Below, one piece after another: positions 18,120 through 27,974 of a DNA stretch of 64,000 bases (within the stretch, counting starts at the first letter, position 1; every line of letters starts with the position of its first letter). A program made the translations under genes and the position numbers. Under the pieces are notes generated by a model. The model ran no database searches, was not told the DNA's origin, and saw only the letters and a list, made by a program, of their open reading frames with translations. Source of the DNA: an uncultured Chloroflexia bacterium (GTDB lineage: Bacteria; Chloroflexota; Limnocylindria; Limnocylindrales; CSP1-4); assembly GCA_963731865.1 (NCBI GenBank), contig CAVSXG010000002.1, positions 455,271 to 519,270 of the forward strand, given 5' to 3'.

Positions 18120-18125
18120 CCGGGC

Positions 18126-18977
18126 TCAACCCCGGCGCGCCACCACCGAGAACGAGAGGGGCACGCGTCCGCGATCCGCTGGGCGGATGTCGCCATGGCC
18201 GCCCCACCAGTCGATCGGGTGCTCCGTGACCGCCTCCAGCCGCAAACCGGCACCGAGAAGGGACGTGAGGATCTCGCCGAGCGTCCATGCCCGGGCAAAC
18301 TTCAGGCTCTGCTCGGCCTCGGGGATCGACAGGTGGTCGATGTACTCGGGCGCCCAGCCCCGGGACGCCTCCGGCCTGGCGAAGTAGTCGTAGTCGGTGA
18401 CGATCCAGCGACCATCCGGATCGGCATCGAAGAGCCACTCGACTGGATGGCCTTCGAACAGCACGAACCGACCGCTCGCGCTGAGGAGCCGGGCGACGAC
18501 GGCCGCCCACGCGTCGAGGTCCTGGAGCCAGATCAGCGATCCGCGACCCGTATACACGAGGTCGCCGGTTCCGTCGAGGTCGTGTGGCGTGTCAAGGACG
18601 TCGGAGCGGATCCACCGCGCTGGTGCGCCGGTGGCGACGGTCAGGCGTTCTGCGAGCTCGAGCATGCGTGGACTGAAGTCCACCCCAACGACTTCGGCCG
18701 CACCGAGGTTCCAGAGGGACAGCGTGTCCCGACCAGCCGCGCACTGCAGGTGGATCGCCCGTCGGCAGCGGCCGTGGAGATCGCCGATCAGCTCGATCTC
18801 GGCACCGAACAGGTTCGTGCCACCGCTCTTGATCAACTCGATCGCTTCGTCCAGCCAGCGCTCATACCGTTCGGCGGCCTCATCCCACGCGGCCCTGGTC
18901 GCCTCGTGCATCGCGCGCACGTCGCCGGCCTCGGCGGAGGTTGCGGGTCTGACGAGCTCGCCTCGTTGGTCTCCCAT
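18126..18977 (-). CDS. Class I SAM-dependent methyltransferase
   Basis: 283 aa with motif I-like 'AIHLQCAAGRDTLSLWNLGAAEVVGVDFSPRML'. Confidence 0.75.
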   Translation of the reverse strand: MGDQRGELVRPATSAEAGDVRAMHEATRAAWDEAAERYERWLDEAIELIKSGGTNLFGAEIELIGDLHGRCRRAIHLQCAAGRDTLSLWNLGAAEVVGVDFSPRMLELAERLTVATGAPARWIRSDVLDTPHDLDGTGDLVYTGRGSLIWLQDLDAWAAVVARLLSASGRFVLFEGHPVEWLFDADPDGRWIVTDYDYFARPEASRGWAPEYIDHLSIPEAEQSLKFARAWTLGEILTSLLGAGLRLEAVTEHPIDWWGGHGDIRPADRGRVPLSFSVVARRG

Positions 18978-19056
18978 CGCCGCGAGCCTACACCGAGGTC
19001 ATGTCGTTGCACGCGCAACTACCCACGTGGTACGCTGACGACGAAGAGGAGACCAG

Positions 19057-20065
19057 ATGCCTGCCGTCGTCGTCGAAGACATCACCGTGCTGCCCCGGAT
19101 CCTGGAGCCGGATCCGGCGATCGCGCGCCAGCGAGCTGTCCGGAGCATCACCGTGGCCCCACGAGGGTTCGAGGGGGAGGGCTTTCCCGGTGCGGAGAGC
19201 CTTCGCCGGCGTCGACCTGGCGGACCTCGACCCGTTCGTCCACCTCGACCAGATGGGCGAGGTCGAATACGCGCCGGGCGAGCCAAAGGGCACGCCGTGG
19301 CATCCGCATCGCGGGTTCGAGACGGTCACCTATATGATCGACGGGACGTTCGAGCACAGCGACTCGAACGGGGGCGGCGGCGTCATCACCAACGGCGACA
19401 CGCAATGGATGACGGCTGGAGCAGGGATCCTCCACATCGAGAAGCCGCCCGAGGCATTGGTCGCCAGTGGTGGACTGTTCCACGGCTTCCAGCTCTGGGT
19501 GAATCTGCCCGCCGCGCTCAAGTGGAGCCCGCCGCGCTACCAGGACCTGCGCGCGAGCGAGGTCGCGCTCGTGTCGTCCAGCGACGGCGGCACGCTCGTC
19601 CGGGTCATCGCGGGAGACGTTGACGGTCATCAGGGCCCGGGCTCGACATACAGCCCGATGACCCTTGTCCACGCCACGCTCAGTCCCGGCGCCCAGCTCT
19701 CCATCCCGTGGCGCGCCGACTACAACGCGCTCGCCTATGTGCTAGCAGGATTTGGCACGGTGGGCGCGGATCGACGACCGATCTCGACGGGGCAGCTCGC
19801 CGTGTTCGGCGAGGGCAACGCCCTGATCATCGCCGCGGAGCCGGTCCAGGAGAGCCGCGCCCCGAGTCTCGACGTGCTGATCCTCGGCGGCCGTCCGATC
19901 GGCGAGCCCGTCGCCTGGATGGGTCCGTTCGTGATGAACACGCGCGAGGAGATCATGCAGGCGATCGCGGACTACCAGGCGGGGAAGCTCGGCCAGATCC
20001 CGGCGATCCACAACGCCCCGACGTCGATCGTCGAATCCGGCGACTCGGGCCGAACCGCCGGCTGA
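19057..20065 (+). pseudogene. Pirin-family protein, one +1 frameshift as sequenced (probably artefactual)
   Basis: 'MPAVVVEDITVLPR...GFEGEGFP' is in frame 1. After CCC 19186-19188 the sequence continues in frame 2 with 'VRRAFAG...PWHPHRGFETVTYMIDGTFEHSDSNG...GFQLWVNLP'. Confidence 0.9.
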
Positions 20066-20080
20066 GGCGTCCGGCCAGGC

Positions 20081-21384
20081 TCATCGCGCCGCACCCTCCG
20101 CGGCCGGCACGCTTTCGCCGACGGTCTCGCCGATCAGGAAGAACGTCGACATCGGGCCCTTGCCCCGAACCTCCGTGAGCCCGCGTGGGTCAAAGGCGAA
20201 CCGGCCACGAAGCCGTTCCTCGACCTTCGCGGTTACCTGGATCCGACCCGGGATTCCGGTCAATTCCATTCGGCTTGCCACGTTGACGGTGTCGCCCCAG
20301 ACGTCGTAGATGAACTTGCTCGTCCCGATGACGCCGGCGACGACCGGCCCGCAATGGATCCCGACTCGGAACTGGATCCCGAGACTTCGCGCGGTCTCGA
20401 TGCCTCGCAGGCACGAATCGAGGCGCAGCGCCATTCGCGCGAGCCGTTCGAGGTGATCGTCCGTCGGCGAGCTCATGCCGCCGACGACCATGTACGCGTC
20501 GCCGATCGTCTTCACCTTCTCGAGACCCGCATCCGCGACCAGCTCGTCGAAGACGCTGAATACCTCATTCAGCACCGACACGAGCTCGTCGGCCTCCATC
20601 CCACCGGACAGGCTGGTGAACCCGACGATGTCCGCGAACAGGAGTGACACGTCGTCGAAGCGGTCGGCGATGGGCCGCTCGCCCTCGACGGAGTCGATCG
20701 GCGACCGGCTCGGGAAGGATGTTCAGCAGCAGGCGCTCGTTTTCGCGGTGCGCCGCCTCGAGGGCGTAGGCAGCCGTGATATCGGTGCCATACACGTTGA
20801 TGAACGCGAACTCGGGCACGTCCACCGGGAGGAGGCGATAGCGATCGCTCGCCACTCGTGACGTCGACCGTCCCGCGCGTGCCCTCCCGGACGCGAGCCA
20901 GCAGCGGCTCCAGCACGTCGGCCGGAAGCGGCGTCCCGACCGACCAGCCAAGCGCGCCGACCAGTTCGCGGCTGGCTGGGTTGGCATAGACGAGGGTGCC
21001 GTCCCAGGTCAGACGGAAGACCGGGTTCGGGTTCTGGTCGGGGAATTTGACGATCGCCCGCGCCGCGGTGACATCGGTGCCGTAGATGTTCGTGAACCCG
21101 AGGTCAGGGACACGGACGGCGAGGAGCTCGAACGTTCGTGGCCCGACCTGCACCTCGAGGGACGACAAATTGGTCGCGGCGGCACGGAGCCGATCATGCC
21201 ATTCGGTGGTCAAGGGCTCGCCGACCCGCCCACCGATGGCCTCGAGCACGGGTTCGCTGGCATCGTTGGCGTACGTCAGGCGGCCGTCGTCCGTGACCCG
21301 CATCACCGGGTGTGGGTTGCTGCCCGGAAAATATTCGGCCGAACCGGTCGAACGCGGATCGTCTGGAACCGACATGAGGATCAA
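20081..21384 (-). pseudogene. Class III adenylate/guanylate cyclase with two N-terminal PAS-like (NPxPV-type) sensor repeats, two frameshifts as sequenced
   Basis: Repeats are 'FPGSNPHPVMRVTDDGRLTYANDAS' and 'FPDQNPNPVFRLTWDGTLVYANPAS'. Catalytic domain has 'SLLFADIVGFTSL', 'KTIGDAYMVVGG' and 'YDVWGDTVNVASRME'. The frame changes near 20870 and 20687. Confidence 0.8.
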
Positions 21385-21592
21385 GGTACTGCACCGATTC
21401 CATTGACGGGAGCCGGCGCGATTGGCTACCGTGGCCCGACCATCCGCTGGATCAGGTCGGTCAGCCCAGTCCGACCTGCAACGAGGGTAGGAGGTCGCCA
21501 GGCGAAGATCACGCCGTTTCGAGCCGACCCGGTTTCACCTCTGCCGTGCTGCCCGTCACCGCGCACGCATCGCTCATGGAAGGAGCCGACTC

Positions 21593-23054
21593 TTGGCAAC
21601 GACGACTTCGACGCTTGACCCCGCTGCGCCCCCAACGTACCGATACAAGCTGCCGTTCGTGATCAGCGCGTCTGCCGCTGGCACGGTCATCGAGTGGTAC
21701 GACTTCTATCTCTACGGCGTGCTGGCCGCGTTCTTTTCCACGCAGTTCTTCCCACCCGGCAACGAGACGACGGCGCTCCTCGCCTCGCTCGCGACGTTCG
21801 GGGCGGGCTTCGCGGTTCGGCCGTTCGGGGCGGCGTTCTTTGGACGGATCGGCGACCTGATCGGCCGGAAGTTCACCTTCCTGGTGACGATCACGGTCAT
21901 GGGCGTGTCGACGGCCCTGGTGGGACTGCTCCCGACCTTCGCCCAGATCGGCATCCTGGCCCCGATCATCCTCGTCGCCCTTCGGCTGGCCCAGGGTCTC
22001 GCGCTCGGTGGTGAGTACGGCGGGGCAGCGATTTATGTCGCCGAGCACAGTCCGGATGCCAAGCGTGGCCAGAACACGAGCTGGATCCAGACCACAGCCA
22101 CCCTCGGGCTGCTGCTGGCCCTCGCGGTCATCGGGATCACCCGGATCAGCATGTCTGCCGAGGATTTCACGGCGTTTGGCTGGCGGCTCCCGTTCCTCTT
22201 GTCGATCGTCCTCGTGATGCTTGCCCTGTATGTCCGCCTCCGGCTGCAGGAGACGCCGCTCTTCACCGAGCTCAAGGCGAAGGGTCAGGCGTCGACCTCG
22301 CCATGGCGGGATTCGTTCGGCAACAGCGCAAACCGCAAGCTGATCATCCTCGCCCTCCTCGGCGCGACGGCCGGCCAGGCGGTCGTCTGGTACCAGGGCC
22401 AGTTCCAGGCGCTCTTCTTCCTCGGTACCAACCTCGGGGTCCGGTTCCAGGACGCCTATCTGATCGTGGGCACGGCAATCGTGCTTGCCACGCCGTTCTT
22501 CGTCGTCTTCGGGCGGTTGTCCGATCGGATCGGTCGCAAGAAGGTGATCCTGTCGGGATGTGCCATCGCGGCCAGTCTCCTACTTCCCGATCTACAACCT
22601 GATGACCCAGTTCGCACACCCGCAGGGTGTCCTTGCCACGACCGGCAAGGCCGCCGGCAAGTTCGTCGGCGCCGACGGCGAGACACCGACGGTGGCGCAA
22701 CCCGAGATCATCCCGCTCATCGCCCTGGTCTGGATCCAGGTGGTGTTCGTGACGATGGTCTACGGGCCGATCGCCGCGTTCCTCGTCGAGCTGTTCCCGG
22801 CGAAGATCAGGTACACGTCCCTGTCGATCCCGTATCACATCGGGAATGGCTGGTTTGGCGGGTTCCTGCCGCTGATCTCCGCCGCGCTGCTGGCGTCGAC
22901 GGGCAACCTGTATGCGGGGCTGGTCTACCCGATCGTGGTGGCCGTGATTACGGTCATCATCGGCGGCCTGTTCCTTCGCGAAACCAGGCATGTCCTGATC
23001 TGGGACGAGGTCGGGGGCGAAACGGCGAATGTCCGAGCCGCTTCCGGCGGCTGA
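21593..23054 (+). pseudogene. MFS metabolite:H+ symporter-type transporter, one +1 frameshift as sequenced
   Basis: 'GTVIEWYDFYLYGVLAAFF', 'FGRIGDLIGRKFTF' and 'LAQGLALGGEYGGAAIYVAEH' are in frame 2. After about 22572 the sequence continues in frame 3 with 'YFPIYNLM...VELFPAKIRYTSLSIPYHIGNGWFGGFLP'. TTG start 7 nt after GGAAGGAG. Confidence 0.85.
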
Positions 23055-23282
23055 CTCGCGCCGAGCCATCCGGGCCCTGCCACGACCGCCACAGGCGGAC
23101 GACTCGGTGGGACCCGGATGGTCGATGGTCTTGCATTCGGGGCGTCCAGATGCGACACTGCGCCCTCGATGAACAAGCGTCGCGGCGCCCTCGCGTGTCT
23201 CTGTCGACCCACTGCCGAGCAGGGCAGGTGGTGTAACTAGGCGTGCGATCGGATGACCCGCACGCCGGAGACGCCTCCGCTA

Positions 23283-23308
23283 CCCCTGCCGGACAGGGGT
23301 TTTTGTTT
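23283..23308 (+). terminator. Canonical intrinsic terminator (stem + T-tract) inside the leader of the sulfurtransferase gene
   Basis: cccctg-ccgga-cagggg followed by tttttgttt. This is the only classical U-tract terminator I saw in the window. It lies 36 nt upstream of ATG 23344. Confidence 0.55.
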
Positions 23309-23343
23309 GCCTTGAACGACACGACTGACGAGGGACACGAGAC

Positions 23344-24681
23344 ATGACAACAACCGAAGCCGGAGTAGAGACCACGAGACCGACCATTGCGATCGAGGAG
23401 CTCAACGCTCGCCTCGCCGATGGCACGACCACGATCGTGGACGTACGACCGATCGCCGCCTACAACGGCTGGCGGCTCCAGGGAGAAGCCCGCGGCGGCC
23501 ACATTCCCGGCGCCGTCGCCTTTCCCGCGGCGTGGCTTCACAGCGTCGATCCGGCAGAGATCGATCGCCTGCTCCTTGCCAAGGGCATCACCGCTGGACG
23601 CCACATCGTGGTCTATGGCGATGGGCTCGAAGCGGATGCCTTTACGGCCAAGCTCCACGGCCTCGGCATCGAGGGCTCGCGGATCCTCGAGGCCGGGTTT
23701 CCGGCCTGGGCGGCCGACGAGCGTCTCCCCATCGAGCGGCTGCCCAAGTACGAGAAGCTCGTCCACATCGAGTGGCTCCGCCAGGTGCTCGACGGGGAAC
23801 GGCCCGAGGCCGCTCCGCGAGGCAAGTTCGTCCTCTTCCACGTCAATTTCGGCGTGCCGGAGGAATACGCGGACGGACATATCCCGGGAGCGCTCTACCT
23901 CGATACCAACTGGCTCGAGGACCCCGCGGACTGGAACCGCCGGTCGCCCGAAGCCATCGAGACGGCGCTTCAATCGCTCGGCATCACCCATGACACGACA
24001 GTCGTCGTCTATGGACGCGACACGGAAGGCGACGCGAACGAGAAGTGGCCCGGTCGACGCGCGGGACAGATCGCCGCGACTCGTGCCCTGATGATCCTGC
24101 GGTACGCGGGCGTTGACGACGTGCGGCTCCTCGACGGCGGCTATGACTGGTGGGTGCAGGCCGGGTATGAGCTCGAGACCGTGCCAAGGCTTCCGACGCC
24201 GGTCGGGGCGTTCGGTGTCCCGGTTCCGCTCCGCCCCGAAGTCATCGTCGATATCGAGGAAGCCAAGCAGATCCTTGCCGACCGGGACGGCGCCGCGTTG
24301 GTCAGCGTGCGGACCTGGCGCGAACACATCGGGGCGAGCAGCGGCTACAACTACATCGGACCGGCGGGCCGGATTGCCGGCGACATCTGGGGCAACTGCG
24401 GGACCGACTCGTACCACATGCAGCACTACCGCAACGTCGACAACACGATGCGCGCGTACCCCGAGATCGCGGCCAACTGGGCCGAGGCGGGGATCACCGC
24501 CGACAAGTGGGTCGCGTACTACTGCGGCACAGGCTGGCGAGCCAGCGAGACCTGGTTCTACGCGTTTCTCCAGGACTGGCAGCGGATCGCGGTCTATGAC
24601 GGCGGCTGGTTCGAGTGGAGCCAGGATCCGATCAACAACCCGATCGAGGTAGGCGAACCGCGCGACGTCTTCGCCGCCTGA
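23344..24681 (+). CDS. Multi-rhodanese-domain sulfurtransferase
   Basis: 445 aa with repeated rhodanese modules: 'IVDVRPIAAYNGWRLQGEARGGHIPGAV', 'GHIPGALYLDTNWLE', and a C-terminal active-site-like 'YCGTGWRASETWF'. Confidence 0.85.
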   Translation: MTTTEAGVETTRPTIAIEELNARLADGTTTIVDVRPIAAYNGWRLQGEARGGHIPGAVAFPAAWLHSVDPAEIDRLLLAKGITAGRHIVVYGDGLEADAFTAKLHGLGIEGSRILEAGFPAWAADERLPIERLPKYEKLVHIEWLRQVLDGERPEAAPRGKFVLFHVNFGVPEEYADGHIPGALYLDTNWLEDPADWNRRSPEAIETALQSLGITHDTTVVVYGRDTEGDANEKWPGRRAGQIAATRALMILRYAGVDDVRLLDGGYDWWVQAGYELETVPRLPTPVGAFGVPVPLRPEVIVDIEEAKQILADRDGAALVSVRTWREHIGASSGYNYIGPAGRIAGDIWGNCGTDSYHMQHYRNVDNTMRAYPEIAANWAEAGITADKWVAYYCGTGWRASETWFYAFLQDWQRIAVYDGGWFEWSQDPINNPIEVGEPRDVFAA

Positions 24682-24690
24682 CGCGTCAAT

Positions 24691-24715
24691 GGGGCGCGTC
24701 TACGGGACGCGCCCC
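24691..24715. terminator. Perfect 10-bp GC hairpin between convergent genes (bidirectional terminator candidate, no U-tract)
   Basis: ggggcgcgtc-tacgg-gacgcgcccc, starting 10 nt after the sulfurtransferase stop. Confidence 0.4.
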
Positions 24716-24879
24716 CTCCGGCGCTTTGGCTTGATCGCGGCGGCCTTCGCCTGGGCATCCTGGATCTGCTTGAAAACCTTGCCCATGCCCGGACGCATCA
24801 AGTCGCGTTCCTCGGCAGTCGCCTCACGATCGCGGCGCCGTGCGCGCTCTGCTTCGCGGGGATCCAGGTCGTCGCTCAT
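24700..24879 (-). CDS. Small highly charged hypothetical protein (59 aa)
   Basis: My own translation is 'MSDDLDPREAERARRRDREATAEERDLMRPGMGKVFKQIQDAQAKAAAIKPKRRRGRVP'. Third positions are G/C-rich. It falls below the ORF-track length cutoff and has no clear RBS. Confidence 0.3.
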   Translation of the reverse strand: MSDDLDPREAERARRRDREATAEERDLMRPGMGKVFKQIQDAQAKAAAIKPKRRRGRVP

Positions 24880-24942
24880 GCGGCGATCGTCAAGCCAACG
24901 CTTCGGACCGTCAAGCGCTCGTCACCGGTCTCGCAGACGCGC

Positions 24943-25194
24943 CTAGCCGTTGCTCCCGGCGTCGTCGATATCGATGACAAGGGTGCCCCGGTGCCGTTCA
25001 ACGACCTCGCGGGCAGCCTCCACCACCTCTTCGCGGAAGCGACCAGCGAGGATCGCGACATCGCTGACATTGCGCGCGGCTGCGAGCGCTTCAACCCCGA
25101 TCTGGCCCGGATCGAGGTGGAAGGCACGCATCAATTGGGTTCGCGCCGCTCGCGCCGAAGCGTCGTCGGGGAACGAGGCGGCGAGGACTCTCAT
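24943..25194 (-). CDS. Hypothetical protein (83 aa from ATG 25194; ORF open to 25287)
   Basis: 'MRVLAASFPDDASARAARTQLMRAFHLDPGQIGVEALAAARNVSDVAILAGRFREEVVEAAREVVERH' has coding-like composition and G/C-rich third positions. I do not recognise a family. Confidence 0.45.
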   Translation of the reverse strand: MRVLAASFPDDASARAARTQLMRAFHLDPGQIGVEALAAARNVSDVAILAGRFREEVVEAAREVVERHRGTLVIDIDDAGSNG

Positions 25195-25323
25195 TGGTAA
25201 ACCGTGGCGAAGGTCTCTGGCGTCCAGCAAGTATTCGCCTTCGCCCACGTGACGTCGGGCTATGGACCATCGCGCAAGCCCTTGCATCCACGTTGCAACG
25301 CCGTCTCCGGTAGCCTGCGCGAG

Positions 25324-26520
25324 ATGCCTGACCCATCAGAACGGAAGACGCCAATCCCGTTTGCGCTCATCGGGGGATTGTTCCTGGCGACGCTCGGCCT
25401 CCGCCCACAACTCCTGGCGATCGGGCCGCTCCTTCCGTTGATCCGCGATGACCTCGCGTTGCCCGCGAGCGTGGCCGGACTCCTGACGACGATCCCGGTC
25501 CTGTGCATGGGGCTGTTCGCCCCGGTTGGCCCGTACGTCGCGGCACGCCTGGGACCCCGCAACGCACTCGGCGTCTGTCTGTGCCTGGTCGTTGGGTTCG
25601 GCGTCGGCCGTGCGCTCGCCCCGACGTATCCCCTGGTCCTCCTCGCCACGTTCGGCCTCGGCACGGGCGTCGGGGTCGCCGGGGCCATCCCGTCGATGCT
25701 CGTCTCTCGGCGGATGACGTCCCGACCGGCCCTCGGGACCGGTGCCTACGCCGGCGGCATTGTCGCCGGATCCACGCTCGCAGCGGCGCTTGCCGTGCCG
25801 CTCGCGGTCAATGGGGACTGGCGGCAGTCGTTGCTCGTCATCTCGGTGGTCTCGATCGCCTCGATCGTGGCCCTGGTCGTCCTGGTTCCCGGAGACAGGG
25901 CCGGCCAGATCCGGGCAATGGTTCCCCGGCTACCGTGGCGGCACGGGACGGCGTGGCTGCTCGTGGTCGCATTCGGACTGCAGTCGCTCATGTATTACGG
26001 CGTCGTGGCATGGCTCCCGAACACCTTTGTCGAGCGAGGCTGGACACCGGCCGATGCCGGCGCATTGGTCGCGGTGACCAATGGCATCGGGCTCATCACG
26101 ACGCTCGGCGTCCCGTTCGTTGCCGATCGATTTGGGGGGCGACAGCGGCAGCTCGTCGCGACAGCCGTCGGATCGACCGGCGCGATGTTCGGCATCGCGC
26201 TGGTCCCGGATCTCGCGTTCGTCTGGGTTGCGATCCTTGGTCTTACGCTCGGGAGTGTCTTCACGCTTGTCCTGACGCTGCCACTGGATGTCGCCGATGA
26301 GCCCGGGCAGGTGGGCTCTGTCGCTTCGTTCATGTTGCTCGGCGGTTATGCCATCTCGGCACTCGGACCGTTCGCCCTTGGGCTGGCAAGGGATGCGACG
26401 GGAAACTTCGAAGCCAGTCTCTGGATCCTCGTCGCCGTCGGTGTCGGGCTCGTCGGTTGCTGCTTCCTGATCTCACCATCTCGCCTTCGCCGCGGTATCC
26501 GCCGCGCCGTACCGGGATGA
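25324..26520 (+). CDS. MFS transporter, CynX/NimT family
   Basis: 'LGLRPQLLAIGPLLPLIRDDLALPASVAGLLTTIPVLCMGLFAP' closely follows the CynX N-terminal pattern. About 12 hydrophobic segments. Confidence 0.8.
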   Translation: MPDPSERKTPIPFALIGGLFLATLGLRPQLLAIGPLLPLIRDDLALPASVAGLLTTIPVLCMGLFAPVGPYVAARLGPRNALGVCLCLVVGFGVGRALAPTYPLVLLATFGLGTGVGVAGAIPSMLVSRRMTSRPALGTGAYAGGIVAGSTLAAALAVPLAVNGDWRQSLLVISVVSIASIVALVVLVPGDRAGQIRAMVPRLPWRHGTAWLLVVAFGLQSLMYYGVVAWLPNTFVERGWTPADAGALVAVTNGIGLITTLGVPFVADRFGGRQRQLVATAVGSTGAMFGIALVPDLAFVWVAILGLTLGSVFTLVLTLPLDVADEPGQVGSVASFMLLGGYAISALGPFALGLARDATGNFEASLWILVAVGVGLVGCCFLISPSRLRRGIRRAVPG

Positions 26521-27974
26521 CGGGCAACGGGCACAATCCATCGATGCGCACGCCACCCTCAGATTCGACGACGCTTGGCGGTCCGCTCGACGCGCTCCGC
26601 CGTGACCTGGTCGGCGACCTGGTCCTGCCTGTCGACGCGCCATTCGACGAGGCGCGCCGGGTCTGGAACGGGATGATCGACCGTCGACCCCTCGCCGTCG
26701 TTCGTGCCCGCTCCGAGGCCGACATCGCTCCCACGATCCTCTTTGCCCGCGATCAGGAGCTGCCACTGGCGATCCGTGGCGGTGGCCACAACGTCGCGGG
26801 GAACGGCACCGTCGACGACGGGATCGTGCTGGATCTCCGAGCCCTTGACGACGTGACCGTGGATCCCGAGGCACGTGAGGTCCGGGTCGGCCCCGGGGCG
26901 ACGCTCGGCGACGTCGATCGAGCGACCGAGCCGCACCATCTCGCCGTGCCCATCGGTGTCGTATCGGGCACGGGTATGGCCGGCCTGACCCTGGGCGGTG
27001 GGGTCGGCTGGCTGACCCGGTCCTACGGCCTGACGGTCGACAACCTGCTGCGCGCCGAGGTGATCACCGCGAACGGCGAGCGCGTCCAGGCGAGCGCCAC
27101 CGAGAACCCGGACCTGTTCTGGGGCCTTCGCGGTGGCGGCGGCAACTTCGGCGTGGTCTCGGGCTTCACGTTCCGCGCTCATCCGATCGGCCCTGATCTC
27201 GTGGCCGGCAACTTCATCTATGCGTTGGACCAGGCAGCCGATGCGCTCCGGGCGTACGCGGCCTGGACGGCGGATCTGCCGGACGAGATGACCTCGATCA
27301 TCTCGTTCCTCATCCCGCCGCCCGATTGGGACCTCGGCGAAGCGCTCCTGATGATCGTGGGGTTCGTGTGGGCAGCTCCGGATCGCGCGGAGGGGGAACG
27401 CTGGATCGACAAGCTCCGAGTGGCGGCGCGACCCAGTGCGGAGAGCCCGGATCCGACGACATGGCAGGCCTGGCAATCCGCGGCTGACGGCCTCTTTCCC
27501 AGGGGATCCCGGGCGTACTGGAAGAACACGTCGTTTGACCGACTCGACGATGCGACCATCGAGACGCTTCTCGCCCGCGCTCGTGACCTGACGTGGCAAG
27601 GGACCGCGTTCGACATCCACCACATGGGTGGCGTCTTTGGCCGCGTCGAGGAGGACGCCACCCCGTTCCCTAACCGTTCGGCGACGTACTGGCTCAACGT
27701 CTACGGCTTCTGGAGTGACGCGGCTGACGATCGCAGCCATACCGAATGGGTCCGTGGGTTCGCAGCGGACATGGAGTCGCACGCGTCCGGCGGCGTTTAC
27801 CTCAACTTCCTCGGCCAGGACCCAGAGCCCGGCGGTGCTGGCGCCGGCCGTGGCACCCGTGGCGCCGCCCTGGCGGTCTATGGTCCGGACAAGCTCGACC
27901 GTCTCGTCGCGCTCAAGCGCCGATACGACCCGGGCAACCTCTTCCGGCTCAACCACAACATCCCGGTGGAATGA
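26517..27974 (+). CDS. FAD-linked oxidase of the VAO/BBE-like family
   Basis: Motifs 'LAIRGGGHNVAGN' (His 26787-26789 sits where covalent flavinylation occurs in this family), 'GTGMAGLTLGGGVGWL', 'NPDLFWGLRGGGGNFGVV' and the BBE-type C-terminus 'YLNFLG...LKRRYDPGNLFRLNHNI'. ATG 26517 overlaps the upstream TGA (ATGA). Confidence 0.9.
   Translation: MTGNGHNPSMRTPPSDSTTLGGPLDALRRDLVGDLVLPVDAPFDEARRVWNGMIDRRPLAVVRARSEADIAPTILFARDQELPLAIRGGGHNVAGNGTVDDGIVLDLRALDDVTVDPEAREVRVGPGATLGDVDRATEPHHLAVPIGVVSGTGMAGLTLGGGVGWLTRSYGLTVDNLLRAEVITANGERVQASATENPDLFWGLRGGGGNFGVVSGFTFRAHPIGPDLVAGNFIYALDQAADALRAYAAWTADLPDEMTSIISFLIPPPDWDLGEALLMIVGFVWAAPDRAEGERWIDKLRVAARPSAESPDPTTWQAWQSAADGLFPRGSRAYWKNTSFDRLDDATIETLLARARDLTWQGTAFDIHHMGGVFGRVEEDATPFPNRSATYWLNVYGFWSDAADDRSHTEWVRGFAADMESHASGGVYLNFLGQDPEPGGAGAGRGTRGAALAVYGPDKLDRLVALKRRYDPGNLFRLNHNIPVE

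Noticed and set aside
21403-21477. TTGACG-N18-TACCGT promoter-like match (21403-21432) and an 8-bp hairpin caggtcgg-N10-ccgacctg (about 21452-21477) upstream of the MFS gene
   Set aside because: Both are plausible, but they rest only on weak pattern matches in a 200-nt divergent region. I did not list them as features for lack of independent support.
22957-24426. 489-aa minus-strand ORF, and similar ones at 26559-28169, 39543-41177, 40445-41653, 54432-55646, 51715-53058 and 61235-62797
   Set aside because: All are antisense or out-of-frame shadows of genes with clear family signatures: sulfurtransferase, FAD oxidase/AlkZ-like, cyclases, histidine kinase and the ArsR-type regulator.
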